From: Bacteroidaceae bacterium | GTDB lineage: Bacteria; Bacillota; Clostridia; Oscillospirales; Acutalibacteraceae | Assembly (NCBI GenBank): GCA_963631735.1 | Contig: CAVGRW010000001.1 | Coordinates: forward strand, 21,300 to 85,299 | Reading direction: 5' to 3' | DNA: 64,000 bases | Part shown: positions 16,162 to 24,838 of the stretch, in pieces | How the letters are laid out: each line of letters begins with the position of its first letter | How positions within the stretch are numbered: the stretch's first letter is position 1 | Translations under genes and position numbers: made by a program | The notes under the pieces: generated by a model | Databases searched by the model: none | What the model was told of the DNA's origin: nothing | The model's input: the letters and a program-made list of their open reading frames with translations, nothing else

Positions 16162-18381
16162 TCAGTCATCGTCGGTAAATGTGAAGCTTGTTTCTTCCTC
16201 AAATTCGTATTCATCAGCATTATTTTTAACAGGTACAGCCTTAACCGGTTTAAGCTCCGGCTCCGGTTCCTGTTTATCATCGTGAATGCCCCACCCCTTG
16301 GTCGTCTTTGCAATGAGCTTTTCGCAAAGAAGAAGTATCGGCATAACAAAGAATACGATAACAAGCGCACTGATCAAAGAGCCTCTTGCCAGCATTGCAC
16401 AAAGCGACTTGACAATTGAAATACTGCAAACAAGATACACGCCGAAGGTTGCGAAGAAGAAAAGCATTGCGCTCTGGAATACCGAACGAATTGCCTCATT
16501 TGCGGCAATTTTCATGGCGGCGGTTCTGCCGTGACCCTTTGAAAGCTCCTCTCTGAAACGAGATGTCAGAAGAATTGCGTAGTCAACCGTTGCACCGAGC
16601 TGAATACACGAAATAACGGTCGGTGCAATGAACGGAATTGCCGTTCCGAAAAGGGTCGAGATGCCCTGATTTATCCATATTGCAACCTCAATTGCAAGAA
16701 TAAGAATAAACGGAATTGAAATTGATTTGAAAACTATCGCTATAACTATAAATACGGCGATAATTGATATAATGCTCGTTACGGCGAAATCAACCTTGGT
16801 CGTTTCGATAAGGTCCTTATAAAGCGCACCCTCGCCCGTTACATAGCCGTAATGCTCGGTGCCTGCGTATTTCTGCACGATGCTTTCAATCTCCTCAACC
16901 TGACTGTTACATTCGTCCGTCGAGGATTCATAGATAGAATTGACGAGCATTACCTGCCGTCCGTTCTGCTTGACGATATCAATAACATCGTCGGGAACTA
17001 TTGAATCGGGAATTGACGTTCCGACAAACATATCGTAAGCCAGCATACTGCTGACGCCCTTTACATTGCTTATCTCGTTTTCCATACTGACAAGCCTGCT
17101 TGCGGGAATAGTATCGTCAACAATGATAAAATGCGAGGTCGTCATGTTGAATTTTTCTTTAAGCAGCTTTGTTCCGATCGTTGTCGAAGCGTCGTCGGGA
17201 AGCTCGGCATTAAGATTATAATTCTTCTTAACGTTTGCCGAGAGCAAAACCGACGGAATTATAATTATAATAAACAGAGCGGCAAAAACTCTTTTACGTT
17301 TGACAACATGGTTGACAAGCTTGCCGAAATTCGGGCTAAAAGGTTTATGCTTATGACGGTTGATTGCATCATCAAAAACAAGCATGAATGCGGGCAGAAT
17401 TATTACAACCGAAAGTACGCCGATAATAACGCCCTTTGCCATAACTATACCGATATTAAGACCGAGCGTAAGCTGCATGAAGCAAAGCGCAAGGAAGCCG
17501 AAAAGCGTAGTCAACGAGCTGCCCGAAAGCGAAACAAATGAGCCGTGAAGTGCTCTCGACATTGCTTCCTCTTTGGTTCTCGAATATTTGCGTTCCTCAT
17601 TGTACCTGTTGACAAAGAAAATTGAATAGTCGATCGTTACGCCGAGCTGAAGAATTGCGGCAATTGACTGAGTGATATACGAAACTCCCATGAAGAAGTT
17701 AGTGCCCATGTTATACATGACCGCAATGCCGATAACTCCGACGAGAATAAACGGCATGACATACGAATCCATGGTAATCATCATCGTTATTATCGCAAGT
17801 GCAACGGCGATGAAAATATAAATCGGCGTTTCTCTGTCCGTCATTTCCTTGGTGTCGGAATTCATGGCGGAAATACCGCTGAGATAGCTGTTTTCGGGGA
17901 GAAGTTTTTTAATTTGCTTGACCGATTTTATAATATCCTTTGATGAAGCACCGTCAGCGTAACTGACAAACATCATTGTGTACTCGCCGTCACTGCTGTA
18001 AAAAACATTCTTTACATCGTCGGGCAAAATGTCACCCGGAACGCTCGTATCCATGATATTGTCCGCCCAAAGAACGTTTTTAACATTTTTAATTTCCGAA
18101 ATACTGTTTTTAAGCTTCATCACGGTGTTCGGCGATACCTTACCGCCGTTGTCGTCAACCGTTTTGACAAGCACGATAGTCATTGAGCCGCCGCCGAAAT
18201 CCTCCTCAAGAATGTTTTCACCCTTGACGGAATCAAGCCTTGACGGAAGATAGCTCAGAATGTCGTAGTTTACATTCGTAAAAATGTAGCTTATCAGCGA
18301 CGGAATGAGCAATAAAAGCGATATAATAACGATCAGTTTCGGTTTATTAACAACCAGATCGGATATCTTTTTCATTTTCAA
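16162..18381 (-). CDS. MMPL/RND-superfamily membrane transporter
   Basis: 739 aa. Two repeats, each with one TM, a large loop and five TMs, typical of the MMPL domain. Confidence 0.85.
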   Translation of the reverse strand: MKMKKISDLVVNKPKLIVIISLLLLIPSLISYIFTNVNYDILSYLPSRLDSVKGENILEEDFGGGSMTIVLVKTVDDNGGKVSPNTVMKLKNSISEIKNVKNVLWADNIMDTSVPGDILPDDVKNVFYSSDGEYTMMFVSYADGASSKDIIKSVKQIKKLLPENSYLSGISAMNSDTKEMTDRETPIYIFIAVALAIITMMITMDSYVMPFILVGVIGIAVMYNMGTNFFMGVSYITQSIAAILQLGVTIDYSIFFVNRYNEERKYSRTKEEAMSRALHGSFVSLSGSSLTTLFGFLALCFMQLTLGLNIGIVMAKGVIIGVLSVVIILPAFMLVFDDAINRHKHKPFSPNFGKLVNHVVKRKRVFAALFIIIIIPSVLLSANVKKNYNLNAELPDDASTTIGTKLLKEKFNMTTSHFIIVDDTIPASRLVSMENEISNVKGVSSMLAYDMFVGTSIPDSIVPDDVIDIVKQNGRQVMLVNSIYESSTDECNSQVEEIESIVQKYAGTEHYGYVTGEGALYKDLIETTKVDFAVTSIISIIAVFIVIAIVFKSISIPFILILAIEVAIWINQGISTLFGTAIPFIAPTVISCIQLGATVDYAILLTSRFREELSKGHGRTAAMKIAANEAIRSVFQSAMLFFFATFGVYLVCSISIVKSLCAMLARGSLISALVIVFFVMPILLLCEKLIAKTTKGWGIHDDKQEPEPELKPVKAVPVKNNADEYEFEEETSFTFTDDD

Positions 18382-18390
18382 ATCTCCTGT

Positions 18391-19542
18391 TTAAAAGCCA
18401 AATAAATTAAATATGGCAAGAATATAGACAATAAGTCCGACAACAATCACGCCGCCGAGGGAAAGAATAAGCGCCTTCACCTTTTCGTATTCGTCTGCGC
18501 TGAAAATATAGCGGAGAACCGAACGGAAATTCTTTCCGAAAAGGTCGAAATAGCCGATCGTGTATGTTTCAAAGGTCGTCGGGTCGTTCTCGTCAATTAC
18601 AAAAACTCTCGTGCCTCTCGAAATCATGTTGCCGTAGCTTCTGAACGAAGCGCCCGGGGTCTGAATTATGTTCACGCCGTCGATCTGTCCCGTGAAGCAG
18701 TTCATGTGGTCGTGTCCGAATACAAGACCGCAGACATCGCCGCACTTTTTAATTGCCGTGAGCTGACCGTAATCCGGTTCGTCGTTGTTTTCAATCTCAA
18801 AAGCAAAGCCCTTTGCCTTTTTCGTATCAAGTCTTACATATTCGTCCTCGCCGACCTTGATTGCGCCCTTGTCGTCTGCGCCGCACTTTTCATAGAACTG
18901 TGCCGTCTCGGTGATCGGAATATGCTGAAACATCAGGGACATAACCGGTCCGTTATTCTCAAGACGAAGCTGACGGCTTTTTCTCTCGTACCATTCAATC
19001 GTTTCGGGCTGAACCCTGCCGAAGGTCGGTCTGCCGTTCTCGTCCGAGCCAGCCGAATCGAGCATCCAGATGTTATATTTCATTTTATCGTCCTTCGACG
19101 AATAGATAGGAATATTATAGGTGTCACATTCAACGCTGTCGTCGTCCGTGTTATAGGGCACGCAGTAGTCATACTCGCCGTAGATCTCCGCCTGCTCCTT
19201 TTTGGAAATGATATTCATATCATCATGATTTCCATAGATAAATGCGAAAGGGATTTTCCTTTTCTCAATCGGATCAAGCACAAGTCCGAGAGCCTTTCTC
19301 ATTCTTTTGAGTACGGCCTCCTTGGTCGTTGCGCTCTTTTTACTTCCGATGAGAGCGTCGTCGATATGGTTGCCGAGAATGTTATCGCCCGTCAGAACAA
19401 TCAAATCGGGCTTGACCTTATCGTAGGTCTTGTCCAGCATCTTGAACATGGCTTTTCTCGGGATGTGCATGTCCTGAGCGTCGCTGACCTGAAGAATTGT
19501 AAATTTTCCGTCTTTATTGAATTTAAGCTTTTCTTTAAACAT
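18391..19542 (-). CDS. Calcineurin-like metallophosphoesterase with a C-terminal TM anchor
   Basis: 383 aa. Has GDN, GNHDD and GHDH motifs. Motif I reads SDAQD, with Gln where His is usual. C-terminal TM is LSLGGVIVVGLIVYILAIFNLFGF. No signal peptide. Confidence 0.8.
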   Translation of the reverse strand: MFKEKLKFNKDGKFTILQVSDAQDMHIPRKAMFKMLDKTYDKVKPDLIVLTGDNILGNHIDDALIGSKKSATTKEAVLKRMRKALGLVLDPIEKRKIPFAFIYGNHDDMNIISKKEQAEIYGEYDYCVPYNTDDDSVECDTYNIPIYSSKDDKMKYNIWMLDSAGSDENGRPTFGRVQPETIEWYERKSRQLRLENNGPVMSLMFQHIPITETAQFYEKCGADDKGAIKVGEDEYVRLDTKKAKGFAFEIENNDEPDYGQLTAIKKCGDVCGLVFGHDHMNCFTGQIDGVNIIQTPGASFRSYGNMISRGTRVFVIDENDPTTFETYTIGYFDLFGKNFRSVLRYIFSADEYEKVKALILSLGGVIVVGLIVYILAIFNLFGF

Positions 19543-19575
19543 TACAGAAACTCCATTTTAAAAATATACTAATTT

Positions 19576-19604
19576 ATTTTATCATAACATTGCTCTGTTT
19601 GCAA
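19576..19604 (-). promoter_or_regulatory. Candidate sigmaA promoter of the 7-gene operon
   Basis: The minus strand reads TTGCAA (19599-19604), a 17-nt spacer, then TAAAAT (19576-19581). A GGAG RBS lies 9 nt before the ATG at 19542. Confidence 0.4.
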
Positions 19605-19628
19605 GAAAAAAGCCGTCATTTAGACGGC
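19605..19628 (-). terminator. Rho-independent terminator ending the prkC-rsgA transcription unit
   Basis: The minus strand reads GCCGTC-TAAAT-GACGGC followed by TTTTTTCTT. Confidence 0.55.
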
Positions 19629-19647
19629 AAATGAGTAGATTTTACAA

Positions 19648-19737
19648 TTATGTAATATCATTATCCTTTTTTATTCCGAAAAACAATCTGAGAATTCCGC
19701 TCCAGAATTTTGGCTTGTCGATCATGATAACTTTCAT
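19648..19737 (-). CDS. Candidate 29-aa small ORF (MKVIMIDKPKFWSGILRLFFGIKKDNDIT)
   Basis: Not in the supplied track because it is too short. A strong SD, GGAGGGTG, lies 6 nt upstream of the ATG. The terminator follows about 20 nt after the stop. Confidence 0.3.
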   Translation of the reverse strand: MKVIMIDKPKFWSGILRLFFGIKKDNDIT

Positions 19738-19749
19738 AGGCACCCTCCG

Positions 19750-19938
19750 TTATTTGCTGATGATGAAGCCGAGAATTATTACGGCGCAGGAAAGAACAGC
19801 CACAATAAAGGATTTCGGACAAATCATAGCGACGATCATTCCGAGCCCGAAAGCCGAGAAATAATAGCCGAACCTACAGCTGCACCGCCTGCCTCTTCTC
19901 ATAAAAAACACCACCACAGCAGTTTTTGTAACCGACAA
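19750..19938 (-). CDS. Candidate small two-TM membrane protein (50-62 aa)
   Basis: The track start at 19938 is TTG. The internal ATG at 19902 would give 50 aa. Two hydrophobic helices are present. No clear SD for either start. Confidence 0.35.
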   Translation of the reverse strand: MSVTKTAVVVFFMRRGRRCSCRFGYYFSAFGLGMIVAMICPKSFIVAVLSCAVIILGFIISK

Positions 19939-19980
19939 AATCGGTTGCTTATTACATACTATGGCGGTTTTGAATTTTTG

Positions 19981-20862
19981 TTACAGCTGCCAATCCTTGA
20001 TATCCTTGACCTCGTTATACATCGTCACATAGCTTTCATGACGTGTGCGCTCAACGTCGCCGTTATTGACGGCCTCAACGAGTCGGCAGCCCTTGTCATT
20101 GACGTGGGCACAGGTAGAAAATTTGCATGAGTCGATATAATCGGCAAAATCGGGGAAGCAAAAAGCAAGCTCATCCTTTTTTATAAGGTCGTTTGTCTCA
20201 AAATCGAGCGAGGAAAAGCCGGGTGTATCGGCAATATAGCCGCTGCCGACCTTAAAAAGCTCAACATGACGTGTAGTATGTCGTCCCCGTCCGAGCTTCT
20301 TGCTAATCTCCCCTGTTTCAAGGCAGAAATCGGGGTACATTCTGTTGATGAGCGAGGATTTTCCGACGCCCGAATTGCCCGTAAAAACAGTCACGCCGTC
20401 CTCGATTATCGACCTGACATCATCAATTCCCTCACCCGTCTCATTTGAAACCGCGAAGGTTTTGAAGCCTGCTTTAGTGTAAGTTTTTACATAATCATCG
20501 GCGCTTTGCAGATCATCCTTTGTGAAAACGATAATAGGCTCAACGTTTTTATACTCCGCAACGGCGGTCAGTCGGTCGATTATGAGCAGGTTGGGTCTCG
20601 GGTCGCAGACCGAGGAAACAATAACGAGCCTGTCAACATTTGCAATCGGCGGACGCTTGAAGAAATTTCGTCTTTCGAGAATTTTTTCAATAGAATTCTT
20701 GTTGTTGCTCTCGACAGTTATTTCTACCTTGTCGCCGGCAAGCGGGGTTATTTTCTCCTTACGGAAAACGCCCCTTGCCTTACATTCGTAGATTATGCCG
20801 TCAGCGGCCTCTACATAGTAGAAGCCACCGATTCCTTTAATAATTATTCCGTTAATTTTCAC
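19981..20862 (-). CDS. rsgA: Ribosome small-subunit-dependent GTPase A
   Basis: GNSGVGKSSLIN P-loop and the C-terminal zinc motif CKFSTCAHVNDKGC. I prefer the GTG at 20862, which overlaps the prkC stop and has GGTGG upstream. The track ORF runs to 20907. Confidence 0.9.
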   Translation of the reverse strand: MKINGIIIKGIGGFYYVEAADGIIYECKARGVFRKEKITPLAGDKVEITVESNNKNSIEKILERRNFFKRPPIANVDRLVIVSSVCDPRPNLLIIDRLTAVAEYKNVEPIIVFTKDDLQSADDYVKTYTKAGFKTFAVSNETGEGIDDVRSIIEDGVTVFTGNSGVGKSSLINRMYPDFCLETGEISKKLGRGRHTTRHVELFKVGSGYIADTPGFSSLDFETNDLIKKDELAFCFPDFADYIDSCKFSTCAHVNDKGCRLVEAVNNGDVERTRHESYVTMYNEVKDIKDWQL

Positions 20863-23023
20863 TGTCGCCACCAAAGGTAAGTTTGATCTGAACATCGGGT
20901 GAAACACTGACGCCGCTCGCAGGTTCTATCTTTACAACCGTACCGTTGTTCGGTCCTTCGGAAATGATATTTTTGAAGCCTGCCGCTCTGAGCTTTGCCA
21001 TAGCGATAGCATAAGAATCGCCGACAACATTCGGAATTGTATATTCAACGGGCTTTGTTGTGGTCGTTGCGTCAACATATTCATAAGTTGTCTCGTTGCT
21101 CAGCGAAACGGGCGAAGAAGTGAAGTTGACATTGCATTTGTAAATCAGCTTGCCGTCAACAAAGAACTTGAATACCGATGTTGCCTCATGACCTCTTACG
21201 GGAATTTGAACAGATGTGCCGTCAAGGGTACATGTGCCTGTAAATACCGTTGTATCGTCAAGCGTTGCCGTTACATTCGCCTGCTCCGAGGTTTTCGGGA
21301 GACTTACGGATATTGTATACGACTGCTCGATGAGCTTGCCCTTACTTACCGTGATTACAACGTTTGAGCCCGAGGGGATTTTTGAACCCGTGAAGGTGTT
21401 GGAAATAACGTATCCCTTTGTAACTGTATCACTGTATTCCGACTTGGTCGAAACCGTAAAGCCCGAGGAAGTAAGAACCTTTTTTGCGCTCTCCTCATCG
21501 AGGTTTGAAACGTCGGGAACAATAACAAGCTTTTCCTTAGTCTCGTCATACGAAACATATTCGAGCGTGACCGTAGTACCTGCCGAAACCTTGTTGCCGC
21601 CCTTGGGGTTGATTCCTACGACCGTACCTGCGGTAATGCCGGGATAATCCTTTTGATCGACCTCTTTTTCTTTGATTTTGAAGCCGAGACCGTTAAGCCT
21701 TGTAACCGCCGTTACATAGTCAACGCCGATAAGATCATCGGGAATTTCAACCAACTCGGCATTTGTTGCGATAACGAGTTCAATTTTAGTCTTTTTCGGG
21801 TCAATTTTTGTACCCTTTTCGGGTGTCTGAGAAATAATTTCGTTCGGCGAAACGTCGGGATCGACCTTTTCCGTTACGTCAAAAACATAGTTCGGATATT
21901 TATTCTTGAATTCTTCTTCGTCATAAATAATTCCGACAAAGTTCGGTACCTTGACCTTGGAATTGCCCGTAAGATAGCCGGTCTTAAAGAGTACGCCGAA
22001 GGCTACGGCAAGCACAACAACAAGCGCCGTAATTATGCCGACAAGGATAGGAATCGTTCTGTTCTTTACAACAGGTTCTTCCTCATCTTCCTCGTCCTCG
22101 GTCACAACAGGATCAATGTGCTTGATTGAGCCCGTTATATTCGGAATATACTTGGTGGGCTCGGTGTTTTTATAATCATAGTCAAACTGAATTGACGGAT
22201 TTCTTCTGAACTCCTCAAGGTCGAGAAGCATCTCGGCGGCAGACTGATATCTGTCGTTAACATTCTTCTGCATTGCCTTGAGAACGATCTGCTCAAGACC
22301 GACGGGAATCGAGGGATTGATCTCTCTCGGCTTTACGGGATCCTGCTGAAGCTGCATGATTGCAACCGAAACAGTGTTGTCCGACTCAAACGGAAGCTTG
22401 CCTGTGAGCATTTCATAAAGCATTACGCCGACGGAATAGATATCTGCCTTGTCATCTGTAATGTCGCCTCTCGCCTGCTCGGGGCTTATGTAATGAACCG
22501 AGCCGATGGTCGAGTCGGTCATCGTGCGTGTTTCACTGCGTGAAAATCTTGCGATGCCGAAATCCGTGACTTTTATTGCGCCGTTTTCGAGCAGCATGAT
22601 GTTCTGCGGCTTGATATCACGGTGAACGATTCCCTTGTCATGTGCATGCTGGAGCGCACGGAGAATCTGCGTTACGAAGAAAACAGCTTCTTTGTAATTG
22701 ATAACGCCCTGCTGTTGGATATACTCCTTGAGAGTAATTCCGTCAACACACTCCATTACGATATATTGAATTCTGTCGCCGTAGCTGACATCGTAAACCT
22801 TAACTATATTCGGGTGCGAGAGCACGGCAATAGCCTTTGATTCGTTCTTAAAGCGGCGTCTGAATTCTTCATTTGCAAGGAATTCCTCTTTGAGAATTTT
22901 AACGGCAACCGTTCTGTCGTCGATATTGTCATATGCCTTATAAACAACAGCCATGCCGCCGACGCCGATTATTTCCTGAATTTCATAGCGTCCGTCAAGT
23001 CTTTTTCCTACATAATTTTCCAT
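20852..23023 (-). CDS. prkC: Hanks-type Ser/Thr protein kinase with TM and multiple PASTA repeats
   Basis: 723 aa. Intact VAVKIL, HRDIKPQNIM, TDFGIA and SPEQ motifs. One TM, then repeated PASTA modules (VPNFVG, IPDDLIG, VPDVSN, IPNVVG). Confidence 0.9.
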   Translation of the reverse strand: MENYVGKRLDGRYEIQEIIGVGGMAVVYKAYDNIDDRTVAVKILKEEFLANEEFRRRFKNESKAIAVLSHPNIVKVYDVSYGDRIQYIVMECVDGITLKEYIQQQGVINYKEAVFFVTQILRALQHAHDKGIVHRDIKPQNIMLLENGAIKVTDFGIARFSRSETRTMTDSTIGSVHYISPEQARGDITDDKADIYSVGVMLYEMLTGKLPFESDNTVSVAIMQLQQDPVKPREINPSIPVGLEQIVLKAMQKNVNDRYQSAAEMLLDLEEFRRNPSIQFDYDYKNTEPTKYIPNITGSIKHIDPVVTEDEEDEEEPVVKNRTIPILVGIITALVVVLAVAFGVLFKTGYLTGNSKVKVPNFVGIIYDEEEFKNKYPNYVFDVTEKVDPDVSPNEIISQTPEKGTKIDPKKTKIELVIATNAELVEIPDDLIGVDYVTAVTRLNGLGFKIKEKEVDQKDYPGITAGTVVGINPKGGNKVSAGTTVTLEYVSYDETKEKLVIVPDVSNLDEESAKKVLTSSGFTVSTKSEYSDTVTKGYVISNTFTGSKIPSGSNVVITVSKGKLIEQSYTISVSLPKTSEQANVTATLDDTTVFTGTCTLDGTSVQIPVRGHEATSVFKFFVDGKLIYKCNVNFTSSPVSLSNETTYEYVDATTTTKPVEYTIPNVVGDSYAIAMAKLRAAGFKNIISEGPNNGTVVKIEPASGVSVSPDVQIKLTFGGDSEN

Positions 23024-23042
23024 AAACAGAGTCCCTTCTTAA

Positions 23043-23771
23043 TTACTCACTTACCGTGACAACCGTGATGTTGTCACCGCCGCCGTTTTCATTTGCAAGT
23101 TCAACAAGCTTATCGGCAATTTTATACCTGTCCTCGGTTTTACAAACCTCAAGAATTACTTCATCGTCAACGTAGTTTGTCAATCCGTCCGTGCAAAGCA
23201 GAACCAAATCATCTTCGTTGAGCTGTTCCTGGGAATAATCTATTCTTACCTCGGGGTCAACGCCCAAGGCTCTTGTTATAACATTTTTCTTTGGGTGATC
23301 CTTTGCTTCCTCGGGAGAAATTTCTCCGTTATCGACCATCATCTGAACAACGGAATGATCCGTCGTCACCTGAGTTATACCCGACTCGGAAACAACATAA
23401 ATTCTCGAATCTCCGACGTTGGAAATATAGAGCGTATCGGCATTTCTGACGGCAAGAACTACCGTCGTGCCCATACCGCTGAGCTCCTCGTTATTCTTCG
23501 CCATGCTGTAAAGGGTGATGTTTGCCGCATCGACGGAAGAAATAAGCAGATTTTTAACCGAATTGTCGTTCATGCCGACATGGTAGCCCGATGTCAGCTT
23601 ATCGGAAATCACCTTCACCGCCGCCTCGCTTGCAATGTTGCCGCCGTTTGCGCCGCCCATTCCGTCGCATACGACCGCCCATGAGACTTCTGAGGTGAGA
23701 TCACCTGCCGCATATGAATCCTGATTATTGGAACGAACCTTTCCTACATCGGTTTTTGCGGAAATTTTCAT
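23043..23771 (-). CDS. stp: PP2C-family Ser/Thr phosphatase
   Basis: 242 aa. Has RSNNQDS, VCDGMGG and DGLT motifs. Lies immediately upstream of prkC. Confidence 0.9.
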   Translation of the reverse strand: MKISAKTDVGKVRSNNQDSYAAGDLTSEVSWAVVCDGMGGANGGNIASEAAVKVISDKLTSGYHVGMNDNSVKNLLISSVDAANITLYSMAKNNEELSGMGTTVVLAVRNADTLYISNVGDSRIYVVSESGITQVTTDHSVVQMMVDNGEISPEEAKDHPKKNVITRALGVDPEVRIDYSQEQLNEDDLVLLCTDGLTNYVDDEVILEVCKTEDRYKIADKLVELANENGGGDNITVVTVSE

Positions 23772-24826
23772 TTGTTTCCCTCCTTTTCGGAGATTTCTCT
23801 GTTATGACGGCTTCTGAGCTGTCCGCAGGAAGCGTCAATATCCGAACCGAGGCTGCGTCTGACTGTCGCATTTATGCCACGTGAGTTCAAAATCTTTATA
23901 AATCTTTCAAGTCTTTCGTTTGTGCTTCGCTTGTGAGAACTTTCGACTATCTCATTTGCGGGAATGAGATTGACATGGCATAACATTCCTTTTAAAAGAG
24001 ATGCCAGCTCGTAGGCGCAGGCGTCGCTGTCGTTGACGTCCTTTATCATCGCATATTCAAACGAAATTCTTCTTGATGTCCTCTTTGTATATTCACGGCA
24101 CGCCTTCAAAAGCTCCTCAATCGGATACTTTCTGTTGATAGGCATTGTCTTTGAACGCATTTCATTATTGGGAGCGTGCAATGAAACCGAAAGCGTGAGC
24201 TGAAGGTGTCTGTCCATCAAATCATAAATTCTAGGCACAACTCCGCAGGTGGAAAGCGAAATATTTCTCAGCGATAAATTCAGTCCCTTGTCGTCGCCGA
24301 CAAGCTCCAAAAATCGCATTGCATTGTCAAAATTATCGAGCGGCTCGCCCATTCCCATCATTACGACGTGCGAAACACGGATATTCATGTCTCTCTGCGC
24401 CGCATGAATTTGACCTATCATCTCGGACGGGTAAAGGCTTCTGACACAGCCGCTTTTGGTCGATGCGCAGAAAACACAGCCCATTTTGCAGCCGACCTGC
24501 GACGAAATACAGAGCGTGTAGCCGTATTTGTATTTCATCAGAACAGACTCAATGAAATTGCCGTCACAAAGCCTGAAAAGATATTTAACCGTTCCGTCGA
24601 TTTTCGAGACCTGCTTTAATTCTATCTCGCAGTAGCGTATCGGGTATTTTTCGCTAAGGGCTTCTCTGAGCTGTTTTGAAATATTCGTCATCTCGGAATA
24701 ATCCATCGCTCCGTGAACCTGAAGCCATTGATAAATCTGACCTGCCCTGAACTCAGGCTGACCGAGCTCACGCATAACCGCCTTTACCTCGGGCAAGGTC
24801 ATTGATTTAATGTCGTATTCGGACAA
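23768..24826 (-). CDS. rlmN: 23S rRNA/tRNA A2503 methyltransferase (radical SAM)
   Basis: 352 aa. CKMGCVFCAS is the CxxxCxxC cluster. The family C-terminal Cys is in DIDASCGQL. Confidence 0.9.
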   Translation of the reverse strand: MSEYDIKSMTLPEVKAVMRELGQPEFRAGQIYQWLQVHGAMDYSEMTNISKQLREALSEKYPIRYCEIELKQVSKIDGTVKYLFRLCDGNFIESVLMKYKYGYTLCISSQVGCKMGCVFCASTKSGCVRSLYPSEMIGQIHAAQRDMNIRVSHVVMMGMGEPLDNFDNAMRFLELVGDDKGLNLSLRNISLSTCGVVPRIYDLMDRHLQLTLSVSLHAPNNEMRSKTMPINRKYPIEELLKACREYTKRTSRRISFEYAMIKDVNDSDACAYELASLLKGMLCHVNLIPANEIVESSHKRSTNERLERFIKILNSRGINATVRRSLGSDIDASCGQLRSRHNREISEKEGNK

Positions 24827-24838
24827 ATAAACACATCC

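Noticed and set aside
16149-16370. The N-terminal 74-aa extension of the track ORF 14499-16370.
   Set aside because: The extension overlaps the 3' end of the MMPL gene in another frame. Its sequence is basic and low-complexity. A lipoprotein signal peptide with a proper SD begins at 16148 (or 16157).
10411-19542. Because WYL regulators (BrxR/CapW type) often accompany anti-phage systems, the operon might be a defence island.
   Set aside because: The operon has no nuclease, helicase, ATPase, methyltransferase, TIR/SIR2, cyclase or reverse transcriptase. The partners (GT2, GH2, MMPL, lipoprotein) point to envelope glycoconjugate metabolism. The WYL gene is also the last gene, not a divergent upstream one.
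20863-20907. A longer RsgA N-terminus from the track ORF start at 20907.
   Set aside because: It would overlap the prkC 3' end by 56 nt. The conserved RsgA OB-domain begins right after the GTG at 20862, which has a GGTGG SD.
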